A stretch of 64,000 nt of DNA. Origin: an uncultured Chlamydiae bacterium (GTDB taxonomy: Bacteria > Chlamydiota > Chlamydiia > Chlamydiales > CALBHK01). Location: the NCBI GenBank assembly GCA_937894565.1, contig CALBHK010000018.1, positions 2,717 to 66,716 on the forward strand, written 5' to 3'. Positions 42,150-50,629 of this stretch are shown in pieces. The notes under the pieces are model-generated. The model ran no database searches. It was not told the origin of the DNA and saw only the letters and a program-made list of their open reading frames with translations. Made by a program: the position numbers and the translations under genes. Numbering within the stretch: the stretch's first letter is position 1; each line of letters begins with the position of its first letter.

Positions 42150-42404
42150 ATGAATAACGGAAAACAAATGCAAGAACTCAAAAAATTTATTTTTAGCCTT
42201 CCTTTAGATGAGCGTGAAAATTTTGCAAAAAGATGCAACACAACGCTTGCCTATTTAAAAAAGGCCATTTATAGAAACCATGAGCTCGGGCCAGAGTTAA
42301 GCGTTCTTATCGAACAAAACTCAAGAAAGCAAGTAACAAGACAAATGCTACATCCATCTAGTTACTGGAAAAAATGGCCCGAATTATCGGAAACGGAAAA
42401 TTAA
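42150..42404 (+). CDS. Cro/YdaS-like DNA-binding protein
   Basis: 84 aa. FAKRCNTTLAYLKKAIYRNHELGPELSVLIEQNS fits the YdaS/Cro-type HTH. First rightward gene. Confidence 0.5.
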   Translation: MNNGKQMQELKKFIFSLPLDERENFAKRCNTTLAYLKKAIYRNHELGPELSVLIEQNSRKQVTRQMLHPSSYWKKWPELSETEN

Positions 42405-42451
42405 GTGAAAGCTTTAACGATTATCCCAAGCGCTACTACTCAGCGCACTTT

Positions 42452-42490
42452 GCCAGCAGGTTCCCCTCCCTTATCCTGCTGGCTTTTTTT
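42452..42490 (+). terminator. rho-independent terminator downstream of the cro-like gene
   Basis: GCCAGCAGG-14 nt loop-CCTGCTGGC followed by TTTTTTT. Preceded by a small hairpin GCGCT-ACTACTC-AGCGC at 42430-42446. Confidence 0.7.
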
Positions 42491-42632
42491 ATTCTACGAA
42501 CACTCTCTCCTTAAGTGTGTGAATGAGCAATCCAGCGCCACAGCGTAAGCTGAAAAATCGGCCTCAGATGGATTGAGTAGCATAACAAAGTGCAAAGCCG
42601 GGCGGAAACGTCCGGCGTCTAAAAGGATAAAT

Positions 42633-43472
42633 ATGAATTACGAATTACACCCGCTGTGCACATTATTCCCAAGATTAGACGGGAATGAATTTAATGCGCT
42701 TAAAGAAGATATTAAACAGAATGGGTTAAGGCAGCCTATTGTACTTAAGGACGGCATGATTCTTGACGGTGGTAACCGTTATAGAGCATGCGTTGAGGCC
42801 GGTATAGAACCTGAGTTTGTTGATTTTGATGGCGACAATATTGTTTCATTTGTGTTGTCTGCAAACTTGCACAGAAGACACATGACACCAGGCCAACAGG
42901 CGGCCATTGTTGCTAGTGCTCAGGACTGGAGCAAGGCTAATAGTCACGGTGGTGATAGAAAGTCAGATCAAGGTCGTGCTAACGACTTTGATACTGTAGA
43001 AAAACGCGCCAATGCTGCTGGTGTTCATAGAGATACACAAATGAAAGCCGATAAGGTAGCCAAAGCCGATCCTGAGCTTGCTAAACAAGTTGCTCATGGA
43101 GAAATATCTCTACCAAAAGCAGTTGAGAAAATATCGCCAAGAAAAACAAAAGAAGAAATACCTGAAGAGATTGATGATTGTTCTGATGATCGCGATCAGA
43201 TCATTCTAGAGTTAAAAGATGCTGTGGTAATGCTGGATGAAGAAAACACTAGATTAAAAGACGCATTAGCGGCTAATCAATTACCTGAAGATGAAATACA
43301 AAGCGCTTCCGAAATAATTGCAGATTTACGTGCTCTCGTTAAGTCTTTAGAAGCTGAGCTTGACGCTGTTAAGTCTTCTCGTGACAGTTATATGGTTGAG
43401 AACGGGGAGTTGAAGAAACAGCTTGTTAGTCAACGCAATCAATTGAAAAAATTAGGCGCTCAGATTGGATAA
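42633..43472 (+). CDS. ParB-like nuclease domain protein with coiled-coil C-terminus
   Basis: LHPLCTLFPRLDGNEFNALKEDIKQNGLRQPIVL...DGGNRYRAC is the ParB N-domain. ATG 42633 is preferred; the track uses TTG 42573. Confidence 0.7.
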   Translation: MNYELHPLCTLFPRLDGNEFNALKEDIKQNGLRQPIVLKDGMILDGGNRYRACVEAGIEPEFVDFDGDNIVSFVLSANLHRRHMTPGQQAAIVASAQDWSKANSHGGDRKSDQGRANDFDTVEKRANAAGVHRDTQMKADKVAKADPELAKQVAHGEISLPKAVEKISPRKTKEEIPEEIDDCSDDRDQIILELKDAVVMLDEENTRLKDALAANQLPEDEIQSASEIIADLRALVKSLEAELDAVKSSRDSYMVENGELKKQLVSQRNQLKKLGAQIG

Positions 43473-44160
43473 TTTTCTTTATAAAACATGCAGAAAGTGC
43501 ATGGAATTTAAACCGCACTCAGACTTCTCTAATGAAAGAAAGTCGACAGACGGCAAAAAGAGCCAATGCAAATCGTGCATTTCTATATACATGATGGATT
43601 ACACATCAAAGAACAAAAACAAAAAAGCAGAATATGACAGCCAATACCGAGCCAAGAATAAAGAGATTATATATCTAAAGAAATTGGATTACAGAGTAAA
43701 TAATAAACAAAAGTTAATCCAGTATAGAAAAGATAACGCTGTACATAGAAGGCAGAAAACTGCCGATTGGATTAAAAATAACATCGAGTATGTGCTAAAG
43801 AAACGTGTCATTGATTACCGGCTAAATAGAGAATCATTGATTGAGAAATCAAGATCATACAAAGCCGCAAATAAAGAAAAAATAAAACAATACAAACTTA
43901 ACAACAAAGGAAAGATAAATGCTAACACAGCCAAGCGACATGCAAGAAGGCTAAAAGCAACACCTGTTTGGGCAGACCATTGGGTGCTATCAGAGATATA
44001 TGATTTGGCATTTTTAAGATCACAATCAACAAACATTAAGTGGCATGTCGACCATATAGTGCCATTGCAAGGACGTAACGTTTGCGGCTTGCATGTTGAG
44101 TATAACCTCAGGGTTATACCAGCTATTCTTAACTTAAAGAAACATAATCATCATGTCTAG
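43465..44160 (+). CDS. HNH endonuclease with Lys-rich repeat region
   Basis: 231 aa (TTG start). N-terminal CRKC...CKSC. C-terminal HVDHIVPLQGRNVCGLHVEYNLRVIPAILNLKKHN is the HNH motif. Confidence 0.7.
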   Translation: MDNFLYKTCRKCMEFKPHSDFSNERKSTDGKKSQCKSCISIYMMDYTSKNKNKKAEYDSQYRAKNKEIIYLKKLDYRVNNKQKLIQYRKDNAVHRRQKTADWIKNNIEYVLKKRVIDYRLNRESLIEKSRSYKAANKEKIKQYKLNNKGKINANTAKRHARRLKATPVWADHWVLSEIYDLAFLRSQSTNIKWHVDHIVPLQGRNVCGLHVEYNLRVIPAILNLKKHNHHV

Positions 44161-46570
44161 TCTAGTCCTTAGACCAAGTCAAGACAAAGCTATTGATTTG
44201 TGCCGTCAATCAATTGCCAATGGCAATAAAAGAGTCTTGCTATATGGGCCAACAGGTTTTGGAAAAACAGAGATAGCTATAAGTTTGTTAAGACAGTCGG
44301 CTGAAAAAAACAAAAGATCGGCAATTATCATGGATCGTGTTGTTCTGTGCCAGCAAACAAGTGTGAGACTTGATAAGTATGGTGTTGATCACGGCGTGAT
44401 TCAGGCCGGTTCGTGGAGGTGGAGACCTCAAGAACGCATTCAGGTTTGCAGCGCTCAGACATTGGAAAAATTGGACTCTATTCCATTATTTGATTTGCTG
44501 ATAATTGATGAAGCTCACTGCCAGAGACAAGGGACAGTAGCATACATAAAGAACAATAATGTTCCAACAATAGGTCTTAGCGCATCACCTTTTACCAAAG
44601 GTTTGGGGTCTGTTTATCAGGACATAATTACCCCAGTTACAACATCAGAACTTGTTGGTGAAGGCTCTCTTGTTCCATTGCGCGTATTCATATCGAAAGA
44701 AATTGATATGACAGATGCCAAGAAAGTAGCCGGTGAGTGGTCACAAAGTGAAGCAACACAGCGCGGGATAAAAATAACCGGCGACATAGTAAGCGAGTGG
44801 GTCAAAAAAACTCATCAGATATTTGGTAAACCAGAAAAAACGATAGTGTTTTGTGCTGGCGTTGCCCATGGAGCTGATCTTCAAGACAAATTCGCACAGG
44901 CTGGATATAACTTTATTTCATTGAGTTACAAAGATGATGATGAATTTAAAGCTGAAGCAATAAAAGAATTTAGCAAGGAAGATAGCAGTATTCATGGACT
45001 TATTGCTACAGACATTCTTACAAAAGGCTTTGATGTTCCAGATGTAAAAATAGGGATATCAGCAAGGCCGTTTACTAAGTCATTTTCTTCACATGTGCAA
45101 CAGATGGGCAGGGTAATGAGGGCGCATCCAGGCAAGGATTTTTCTTTATGGCTTTGTATTGCGAAGGGCAGCCGCGTTTTAACGGATGAAGGATTAATCC
45201 CCATTGACAAAGTAACCAAATCCCATAAAATATGGGATGGAGATAACTTTGTAAATCACGGTGGAGCAGTTTGCAATGGAATTCAAGAAGTCATCACATA
45301 CCAAGGTCTTACGGCAACCGCAGGACACATTGTCCACACTACCGAAGGTTGGCGCACCTTTGGGGAGTGTGCCAACAAACAAATCAGAATCACACAGACC
45401 GGAGTTGGTCGGAATCCAATACGGATCGGTGCGGATATACGACGCACAAGTTTTTTGGCTGGGCGCAAGGCAAAGGAGGTTTATTCATGTTTTTTGCGAA
45501 TGCGTGTCTTGTGGATATCGAAATTTGATTTCTTTATCAAATTTGCAGTCTGGAAAAACAAAAGGATGCAGGTCATGCAATCAGCCGGACCCAATTTATC
45601 CAATGTGGCTTTACAACAGAGTGCAGGCTATGAGAGCAAGGTGTTGTTCAAAATCATGCGATCAATATCAAGCTTACGGAGGACGGGGGATAGAGTTCAG
45701 ATTTTCTGGGGTAAAGCAAGGGACTATGTGGATTATGGAAAATCTCGGTTTGCCGAAGTTTTCGTCTGTTGCGGAAAGATCGAGAATACAATTAGACAGA
45801 GTAAACCCAAATGGACATTACGAACCTGGGAATTTGCGCTGGCTATCGGTGGAATTGAATCAGCAAAACAAGCGTGGGAATCAAAGTGTAGCAAGGATGC
45901 ACAAATTCAGGATAGATTACCCGGATATTTTATATTCAGACAGCACATTGAAGCGTTTCTTTTGGGCTGGCATGACAGCAGAACAAATAGTGGAAAGATA
46001 CAGAAAGCCTTCAATAAAACCAAAAGGGAAGTATGGGACATACTCGATGCCGGACAAAACAATTGCTTCACTTGTGAGGGATTATTAGTACACAATTGTC
46101 ACTCAGGCAACTATCTAAGGTTTTTAGGCGACTGGGATGATCTTTATCACAACGGCGTATCCGAACTAGATGATGGCAAGGAAAAGCCTAAGCCAGAGCC
46201 AACAGACAAAGAAAAAGAATCCGCAAAATGTCCTAAATGTTCTCATTTATGGCCACATAGAACTGATATATGCCCATGTTGCGGCTATGTTAAACAGAAA
46301 AATAATGATGTTATTGTTAAGTCTGGTGAGTTGGTCGAGGTTGGCGATACATTAAAAAAAGAAGCTGACTATAGACGGTCATTCTTCCACCAGTTACTAA
46401 CATATCAAGACTCTAAACCGCACTATAAGCCTAGCTGGGCTAGAGTTAAGTATCGAGAAAAGTTTGGTGAATGGCCTAGATTTGCGGAAGGTAGAGAGCC
46501 ATTAACCGGCGGCGTAAGCGATTGGATTAAATCTAGGTTCATTAAATTTGCCAATAGGAAATCTAAATGA
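44153..46570 (+). CDS. SF2 DEAH-box DNA helicase, intein-containing precursor
   Basis: 805 aa. Walker A GPTGFGKT, DEAH (LLIIDEAHC), SASP and motif VI QQMGRVMR. Interrupted by 314 intein codons. C-terminal CPKC...CPCCG zinc ribbon. Confidence 0.85.
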   Translation: MSSLVLRPSQDKAIDLCRQSIANGNKRVLLYGPTGFGKTEIAISLLRQSAEKNKRSAIIMDRVVLCQQTSVRLDKYGVDHGVIQAGSWRWRPQERIQVCSAQTLEKLDSIPLFDLLIIDEAHCQRQGTVAYIKNNNVPTIGLSASPFTKGLGSVYQDIITPVTTSELVGEGSLVPLRVFISKEIDMTDAKKVAGEWSQSEATQRGIKITGDIVSEWVKKTHQIFGKPEKTIVFCAGVAHGADLQDKFAQAGYNFISLSYKDDDEFKAEAIKEFSKEDSSIHGLIATDILTKGFDVPDVKIGISARPFTKSFSSHVQQMGRVMRAHPGKDFSLWLCIAKGSRVLTDEGLIPIDKVTKSHKIWDGDNFVNHGGAVCNGIQEVITYQGLTATAGHIVHTTEGWRTFGECANKQIRITQTGVGRNPIRIGADIRRTSFLAGRKAKEVYSCFLRMRVLWISKFDFFIKFAVWKNKRMQVMQSAGPNLSNVALQQSAGYESKVLFKIMRSISSLRRTGDRVQIFWGKARDYVDYGKSRFAEVFVCCGKIENTIRQSKPKWTLRTWEFALAIGGIESAKQAWESKCSKDAQIQDRLPGYFIFRQHIEAFLLGWHDSRTNSGKIQKAFNKTKREVWDILDAGQNNCFTCEGLLVHNCHSGNYLRFLGDWDDLYHNGVSELDDGKEKPKPEPTDKEKESAKCPKCSHLWPHRTDICPCCGYVKQKNNDVIVKSGELVEVGDTLKKEADYRRSFFHQLLTYQDSKPHYKPSWARVKYREKFGEWPRFAEGREPLTGGVSDWIKSRFIKFANRKSK
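45155..46096 (+). mobile_element. intein (Hint splicing domains in helicase frame)
   Basis: Cys1 + IAKGSRVLTDEGLIPIDKV (block A), TATAGHIVHT (block B), VWDILDAGQNNCFTCEGLLVHN (blocks F/G), +1 Cys at 46097. Confidence 0.8.
45276..46088 (+). CDS. free-standing-type homing endonuclease-like gene nested in the intein in the +1 frame
   Basis: LVGIQYGSVRI...FCECVSCGYRNLISLSNLQSGKTKGCRSC...YQAYGGRGIEF...LDRVNPNGHYEPGNLRWLSVELNQQNKRGN. GGTGGAG lies 9 nt before ATG 45276 (track start GTG 45261). Confidence 0.6.
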   Translation: MEFKKSSHTKVLRQPQDTLSTLPKVGAPLGSVPTNKSESHRPELVGIQYGSVRIYDAQVFWLGARQRRFIHVFCECVSCGYRNLISLSNLQSGKTKGCRSCNQPDPIYPMWLYNRVQAMRARCCSKSCDQYQAYGGRGIEFRFSGVKQGTMWIMENLGLPKFSSVAERSRIQLDRVNPNGHYEPGNLRWLSVELNQQNKRGNQSVARMHKFRIDYPDILYSDSTLKRFFWAGMTAEQIVERYRKPSIKPKGKYGTYSMPDKTIASLVRDY

Positions 46571-47397
46571 ACGATTTTATCCAATTTGCATCTAGCCATG
46601 GCCTTGTTATTGACACGTTATCATTCAGCCGTATTGTTAGATGCGCTACCGAATCCAAACCAAATAAAAAGAATGGTGCTTATTTTTATGCTGGCGATTT
46701 TGGATGGGTTCAAGATCACGCGGTTCATGAGTCACCAGTCATATGGTTTTCTGGATCAATAAAAGACCACGGACAAGCAAAGCAAAAGATTAAAGAAAGA
46801 ACAGCTAAATACTATCAATATCGCGCAAGGATTAACTCTGAGGCGGCAAAAAAATCTCAGTGGATATTGAGCCAATGCGAACTTAACTTGCATCCTTATC
46901 TAGCCAAAAAAGGTTTTGCAGAAATGAGCGCTAATGTTTGGTACAAGGATGATGAAAGTATTTTAGTTATTCCAATGTACAAAGGCGATTCAGTTGTCGG
47001 TTGCCAAATGATTAATGCCGAAGGGAATAAAAAATTCCTTTACGGGCAATCTTCTCAAGATGCTTATTTCCAGATTGGTAATGGAAATAGCGTTTTTTTT
47101 GTTGAGGGCTATGCATCAGGCTTAAGCCTTCACGTCATTCTCCAATCTCTTAAGATCAATCACACCATTTACGTTACGTTTTCCGCATCTAATTTAGGGC
47201 GGTTTGCAAAGCGCATGGATGGATTTGTGGTAGCTGATAACGATCATTCAGGTGTTGGTGAAAAAGTGGCACTAGATAGCGGCAAACGCTTCTGGATGCC
47301 TCCTGTAATAGGTTTTGATATCAATGATTACCATGTCAAATTTGGCGTGTTTAAAGTAACTCAAGAAATAAAGAAATTAATTTACAGCAAGCCTTGA
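46567..47397 (+). CDS. Toprim-domain primase-like protein
   Basis: 276 aa. Toprim Glu (FFVEGYASG) and DxD (VVADNDHSGVGEKVA). ATGA overlap with the helicase. Confidence 0.65.
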   Translation: MNDFIQFASSHGLVIDTLSFSRIVRCATESKPNKKNGAYFYAGDFGWVQDHAVHESPVIWFSGSIKDHGQAKQKIKERTAKYYQYRARINSEAAKKSQWILSQCELNLHPYLAKKGFAEMSANVWYKDDESILVIPMYKGDSVVGCQMINAEGNKKFLYGQSSQDAYFQIGNGNSVFFVEGYASGLSLHVILQSLKINHTIYVTFSASNLGRFAKRMDGFVVADNDHSGVGEKVALDSGKRFWMPPVIGFDINDYHVKFGVFKVTQEIKKLIYSKP

Positions 47398-47663
47398 GGG
47401 CCGTACTCCACACGATAGTAAGCGCGGCACTCGGCGGCGTGGAATTATAGAGGAAACAAGTTGGAATCCCTGTTGTAGGGGGGGATCATGCAGCGACATG
47501 ACGAGCAAGCGTAAAAAAGGTGATACCGGAGACGGTGGGGATTGGTTGGCCGCCATATAAGGCAGCTTGCGTTAGTTTTGACTTGGGGACAATTTGGGCA
47601 AATTACACCGTAGTTCGGTTAGGGATATCACCTTAACCCCTACATTAGCCAGGATTTTAACTA
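47398..47663 (+). other. structured G+C-rich noncoding island (candidate ncRNA or origin)
   Basis: No ORF longer than 15 codons on either strand. Nested helices 47474-81/47637-44, 47517-25/47626-34, 47526-30/47614-18 and 47532-37/47606-11, plus two local hairpins. Confidence 0.4.
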
Positions 47664-47864
47664 ATGAAAAGTGAAGAAAAAATAAAAATTAGTAAGCAGT
47701 TTGTGGATGATTTTGAATTGCTAATGAAACATTACAAATGCACTAAAGCAGAGATTGAAGAGTTAAAAACAAGGATAAAGAGTAGCAATGATATTTATGA
47801 GCAAGTTAGAAAATCATTTTTTGAGATTGCGTTAAGGATTAGGTGCATTCAGTCATATGAGTAA
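47664..47864 (+). CDS. hypothetical protein
   Basis: 66-aa helical ORF. Overlaps the next gene by 8 nt. Confidence 0.45.
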   Translation: MKSEEKIKISKQFVDDFELLMKHYKCTKAEIEELKTRIKSSNDIYEQVRKSFFEIALRIRCIQSYE

Positions 47865-48309
47865 AGAAAAGATATTTTTTAAAGTACAAAAAGGTTGCTT
47901 GATGCCTGCTGACAACTACGCAGAATCGCGTTTACGAGCACGTAAATATAGCTTGAATGATTTGGTATTAGTAAGCATGTCAAAGCTTCGTAATCCGCGT
48001 TTTAATCGATTGCTGCACAAGATTGGTGGATTGGTTGTTGAAAATATCGAATCGTTTTGTAGTTATAAACCGCATGATGCACTAAAGCGGTTGCAGATCG
48101 AAGCAAATGCCGGATGTGATGAGTTAAAAGTTTTTTTACATGGCAAGTGGGAGCTGATGAGAATACCTAGCAGCTTGTCTTTTGAAAATATGGACGAAGG
48201 CGAATATCAAGAGGTGGCGAGAAAGATATGCCATTACTTGCATACTGAGTATTGGCCAAGCATGACTCCTGATGCAATTGAACAATTAGCGAATCAATAT
48301 GAGTTTTGA
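47857..48309 (+). CDS. hypothetical phage protein (possibly DUF1367-like)
   Basis: 150 aa. The family assignment rests on weak motif recall only. Confidence 0.45.
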   Translation: MSKEKIFFKVQKGCLMPADNYAESRLRARKYSLNDLVLVSMSKLRNPRFNRLLHKIGGLVVENIESFCSYKPHDALKRLQIEANAGCDELKVFLHGKWELMRIPSSLSFENMDEGEYQEVARKICHYLHTEYWPSMTPDAIEQLANQYEF

Positions 48310-48311
48310 TT

Positions 48312-48339
48312 GTTTTACTTTTTCTCTTGTAAGTAAAAC
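48312..48339 (+). terminator. stem-loop GTTTTACTT-N10-AAGTAAAAC (weak terminator candidate)
   Basis: 9-bp perfect stem directly after the stop. The T-rich tract is not immediately adjacent. Confidence 0.35.
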
Positions 48340-48364
48340 ATAGTTATTTTTATTTTACTTTCGT

Positions 48365-48646
48365 ATGAATTCTAAAAAACATCATTTAGATAAGGTTGCT
48401 AGTACTGGTTGCGTGTTGTGTAGAGAGTATGACGGCCAACACGTATTAGGTCATGTTCATCATATCGCAGAAGGCAGCGAACCAAGAAGCGATTACATGA
48501 CAGTTTGCTTGTGTGCGGATCACCATACCGGATCAAGTGGTGTTCATGGCATGGGAGTGAAGGCTTTTTGCAGGTTGTATCGATTGCCTAACGAATACTG
48601 GCTGCTTGATTTGCAAAACAAATATTTAGCTATGGATCGGTTATGA
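48365..48646 (+). CDS. HNH-type nuclease-like protein (Ref/DUF968-like, tentative)
   Basis: 93 aa. CVLC...HVHHI...VCLCADHHTGSSGVHGMG is a Cys/His pattern. Confidence 0.45.
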   Translation: MNSKKHHLDKVASTGCVLCREYDGQHVLGHVHHIAEGSEPRSDYMTVCLCADHHTGSSGVHGMGVKAFCRLYRLPNEYWLLDLQNKYLAMDRL

Positions 48647-49458
48647 GTGACAAATTATTGCCATGTACATTCTACAAAGAGGTAAAGATGTTATCGATAG
48701 TTGATATAGCGACAGGTAATTTTGACCAGGCCATTAATGCTTTAAAGGCTATTGAAGCTGGAGAACATTCTTATGATCATGTTTCTACTATTCACGATAA
48801 TGGTTTTAGGAGAGATAAAAGACCACAGCATAATATATATACGCCCCCACCAAGAATATCTGATGAAATTATAAGAGCGATTAGAGATGGCAGAAAGTCA
48901 GGTAAATCAATTGCTGAATTGTCTGAATTATTTAATTTCAATGAATCGTTTATATGCAAAATCACAACATGGGCCACTTATAAGAATTTAGACGCCGATC
49001 TAAAGAATGAATACATAGAATTTTATAGGCCAGCTAATGGTATTGATGTTAATAAAATATTGGCTGCTGGAAGGATGAGAAAAGAAGGTATCGGGCTTAG
49101 AGATATAGCTAAAAAATTAGGGATGCATTTGACGACAGTCTGTCGCATGTTTAATGGTGAAATAAGGTATCTAAAAAAATACTATCTAGATGGCACGATC
49201 ATAATTGAGCGTGCAAACTACAGAAATTATAGCTATGCAGGAAAGACCAATCCAAGATTTAGCATAGACCAAATAAGAGAAATTAGGAAATTAAGATTTA
49301 ATGGAACGATATTAAAACATATCGCTGATAAGTTTTTTTGCAGCGAGTCTACTATTAGTCAAATTACTGTATGGAACGGTTACTACGATATTGATCCAGA
49401 GTTGAAAGATATTTACTTGGCTAAGTATAAAAAAAGAGGCGAAAACAATGCAGCTTAG
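48643..49458 (+). CDS. protein with three HTH-like repeats (regulator candidate)
   Basis: 271 aa. Three related segments (IRAIRDGRKSGKSIAELSELFNFNESFICKIT; RMRKEGIGLRDIAKKLGMHLTTVCRM; IREIRKLRFNGTILKHIADKFFCSESTISQIT). Confidence 0.45.
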   Translation: MSDKLLPCTFYKEVKMLSIVDIATGNFDQAINALKAIEAGEHSYDHVSTIHDNGFRRDKRPQHNIYTPPPRISDEIIRAIRDGRKSGKSIAELSELFNFNESFICKITTWATYKNLDADLKNEYIEFYRPANGIDVNKILAAGRMRKEGIGLRDIAKKLGMHLTTVCRMFNGEIRYLKKYYLDGTIIIERANYRNYSYAGKTNPRFSIDQIREIRKLRFNGTILKHIADKFFCSESTISQITVWNGYYDIDPELKDIYLAKYKKRGENNAA

Positions 49459-49900
49459 AAAATACTTGGACTTTGTTGTAAACGTAAAAGCTGTTCCGCA
49501 ATCCAGACCAAGAGGAACCGCTGCTGGTGGATTTATTAGATTCTATAAGCCATCTAATAATAAAGAATATGAAAAGATAATTTCTGATACTGCTTTAGAT
49601 GTAATGCTTGAGTATGGGATAAGCAAGCCTACGGAATTGCCGGTTCACTTGGATGTTGTTGTGATTAAAAGGCCACCTGACTCATGGTCGAATTGGAGAA
49701 AAAAACAAGCATGTGATAAAGAGATACTTCCGGTAGTTAAGCCTGATGTAAGTAATTATTACAAGCTGGTTGAGGATGCGTTGAATAAGGTTGTGTATGA
49801 GGATGATTCGCAGGTAATAACTCATTCAGGTGGAAAATTTTACGGTAAGGAAGATCTAGTTATTGTGGAGGTGTCTGTTTATGACGGAGTCAGAGCTTAG
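49448..49900 (+). CDS. rusA: RusA-family Holliday junction resolvase (paralogue 2)
   Basis: 150 aa. AVPQSRPR...KPDVSNYYKLVEDALNKVVYEDDSQV is the classical RusA core. Confidence 0.75.
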   Translation: MQLRKYLDFVVNVKAVPQSRPRGTAAGGFIRFYKPSNNKEYEKIISDTALDVMLEYGISKPTELPVHLDVVVIKRPPDSWSNWRKKQACDKEILPVVKPDVSNYYKLVEDALNKVVYEDDSQVITHSGGKFYGKEDLVIVEVSVYDGVRA

Positions 49901-50105
49901 CGATGCTTATCAGTCAATGTTTGTTGATAACGATAAGAGGATATCGATGACTATAGCTGAAGATAGTTATGCTGAGGTTATTGTTTTTATTAATGACAAT
50001 AATACTAATAAATGTATAGCGCTTACTTATAAAGATTTGTGGAAGATACTGGGGAAAGTTGAAGGTTGCGTTAAAAATTTTGAGCAAGGAAAACTTATGC
50101 ATTAA
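49881..50105 (+). CDS. hypothetical protein
   Basis: ATG 49881 is preceded by GGAGGTG. The track start 49863 is less likely. Confidence 0.45.
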   Translation: MTESELSDAYQSMFVDNDKRISMTIAEDSYAEVIVFINDNNTNKCIALTYKDLWKILGKVEGCVKNFEQGKLMH

Positions 50106-50154
50106 CAATATAAGCAGATCAAATGTTATTGATTTTAAAGTATAATATAGCTCT

Positions 50155-50601
50155 ATGAAGATAACCATTGAAAATTTGAACTTGGAAGTAAAGGGGTCTG
50201 AAGATGTAATTCAGGCTGTTTTTAATTTAACTGAAGAGGTTAGTAAGCTTATGTCTCAAGTAGATGATTTGAATGTAAAGATTGATGCGTTGACTGCTCA
50301 GGTTGCTAAGGTTGATGCTGAGATAACCACAAAGACAGCGCAACTGGAAGCTGCTATTGCTGAACGTGATGCAGCTATGGCTGTTAAAGATGCGGCTATT
50401 GCAGAGAAAGACCAGGCAATCGTTGAGAAAGATGTCGCGTTATCAGAGCGCGATGCAATGATTACTTCTTTGAATGAAGCGATTGCATTACTGCAAGAAC
50501 AATTGGCTAATGGTAGCGTGGACCTAACGCCTGTTATCGATAAGCTGACAGTGTTGGGAAACGCGATTCAAGCAGTGGACGACAAAAATCCAGACGCTTA
50601 A
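50155..50601 (+). CDS. coiled-coil protein with A-x-A-E-K/R-D-A heptad repeats
   Basis: 148 aa. AIAERDAAMAVKDAAIAEKDQAIVEKDVALSERDAMI. Followed by its own terminator. Confidence 0.5.
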   Translation: MKITIENLNLEVKGSEDVIQAVFNLTEEVSKLMSQVDDLNVKIDALTAQVAKVDAEITTKTAQLEAAIAERDAAMAVKDAAIAEKDQAIVEKDVALSERDAMITSLNEAIALLQEQLANGSVDLTPVIDKLTVLGNAIQAVDDKNPDA

Positions 50602-50629
50602 TTTGTTTAACCATAAACAAATCAATAAA

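Noticed and set aside
45271-45528. Third forward-frame ORF (85 aa), plus minus-strand ORFs 45283..45468, 45194..45382 and 45907..46095, inside the intein region
   Set aside because: They have no motifs, are His/Arg/Cys-rich with odd composition, and are short. They are probably by-products of the doubly constrained sequence.
45410-46030. The helicase-frame translation of the intein middle, considered as an in-frame homing-endonuclease domain
   Set aside because: This frame shows no LAGLIDADG, HNH or GIY-YIG-type motifs and reads like overprinted sequence. The recognisable endonuclease motifs are all in the +1 frame (see finding).
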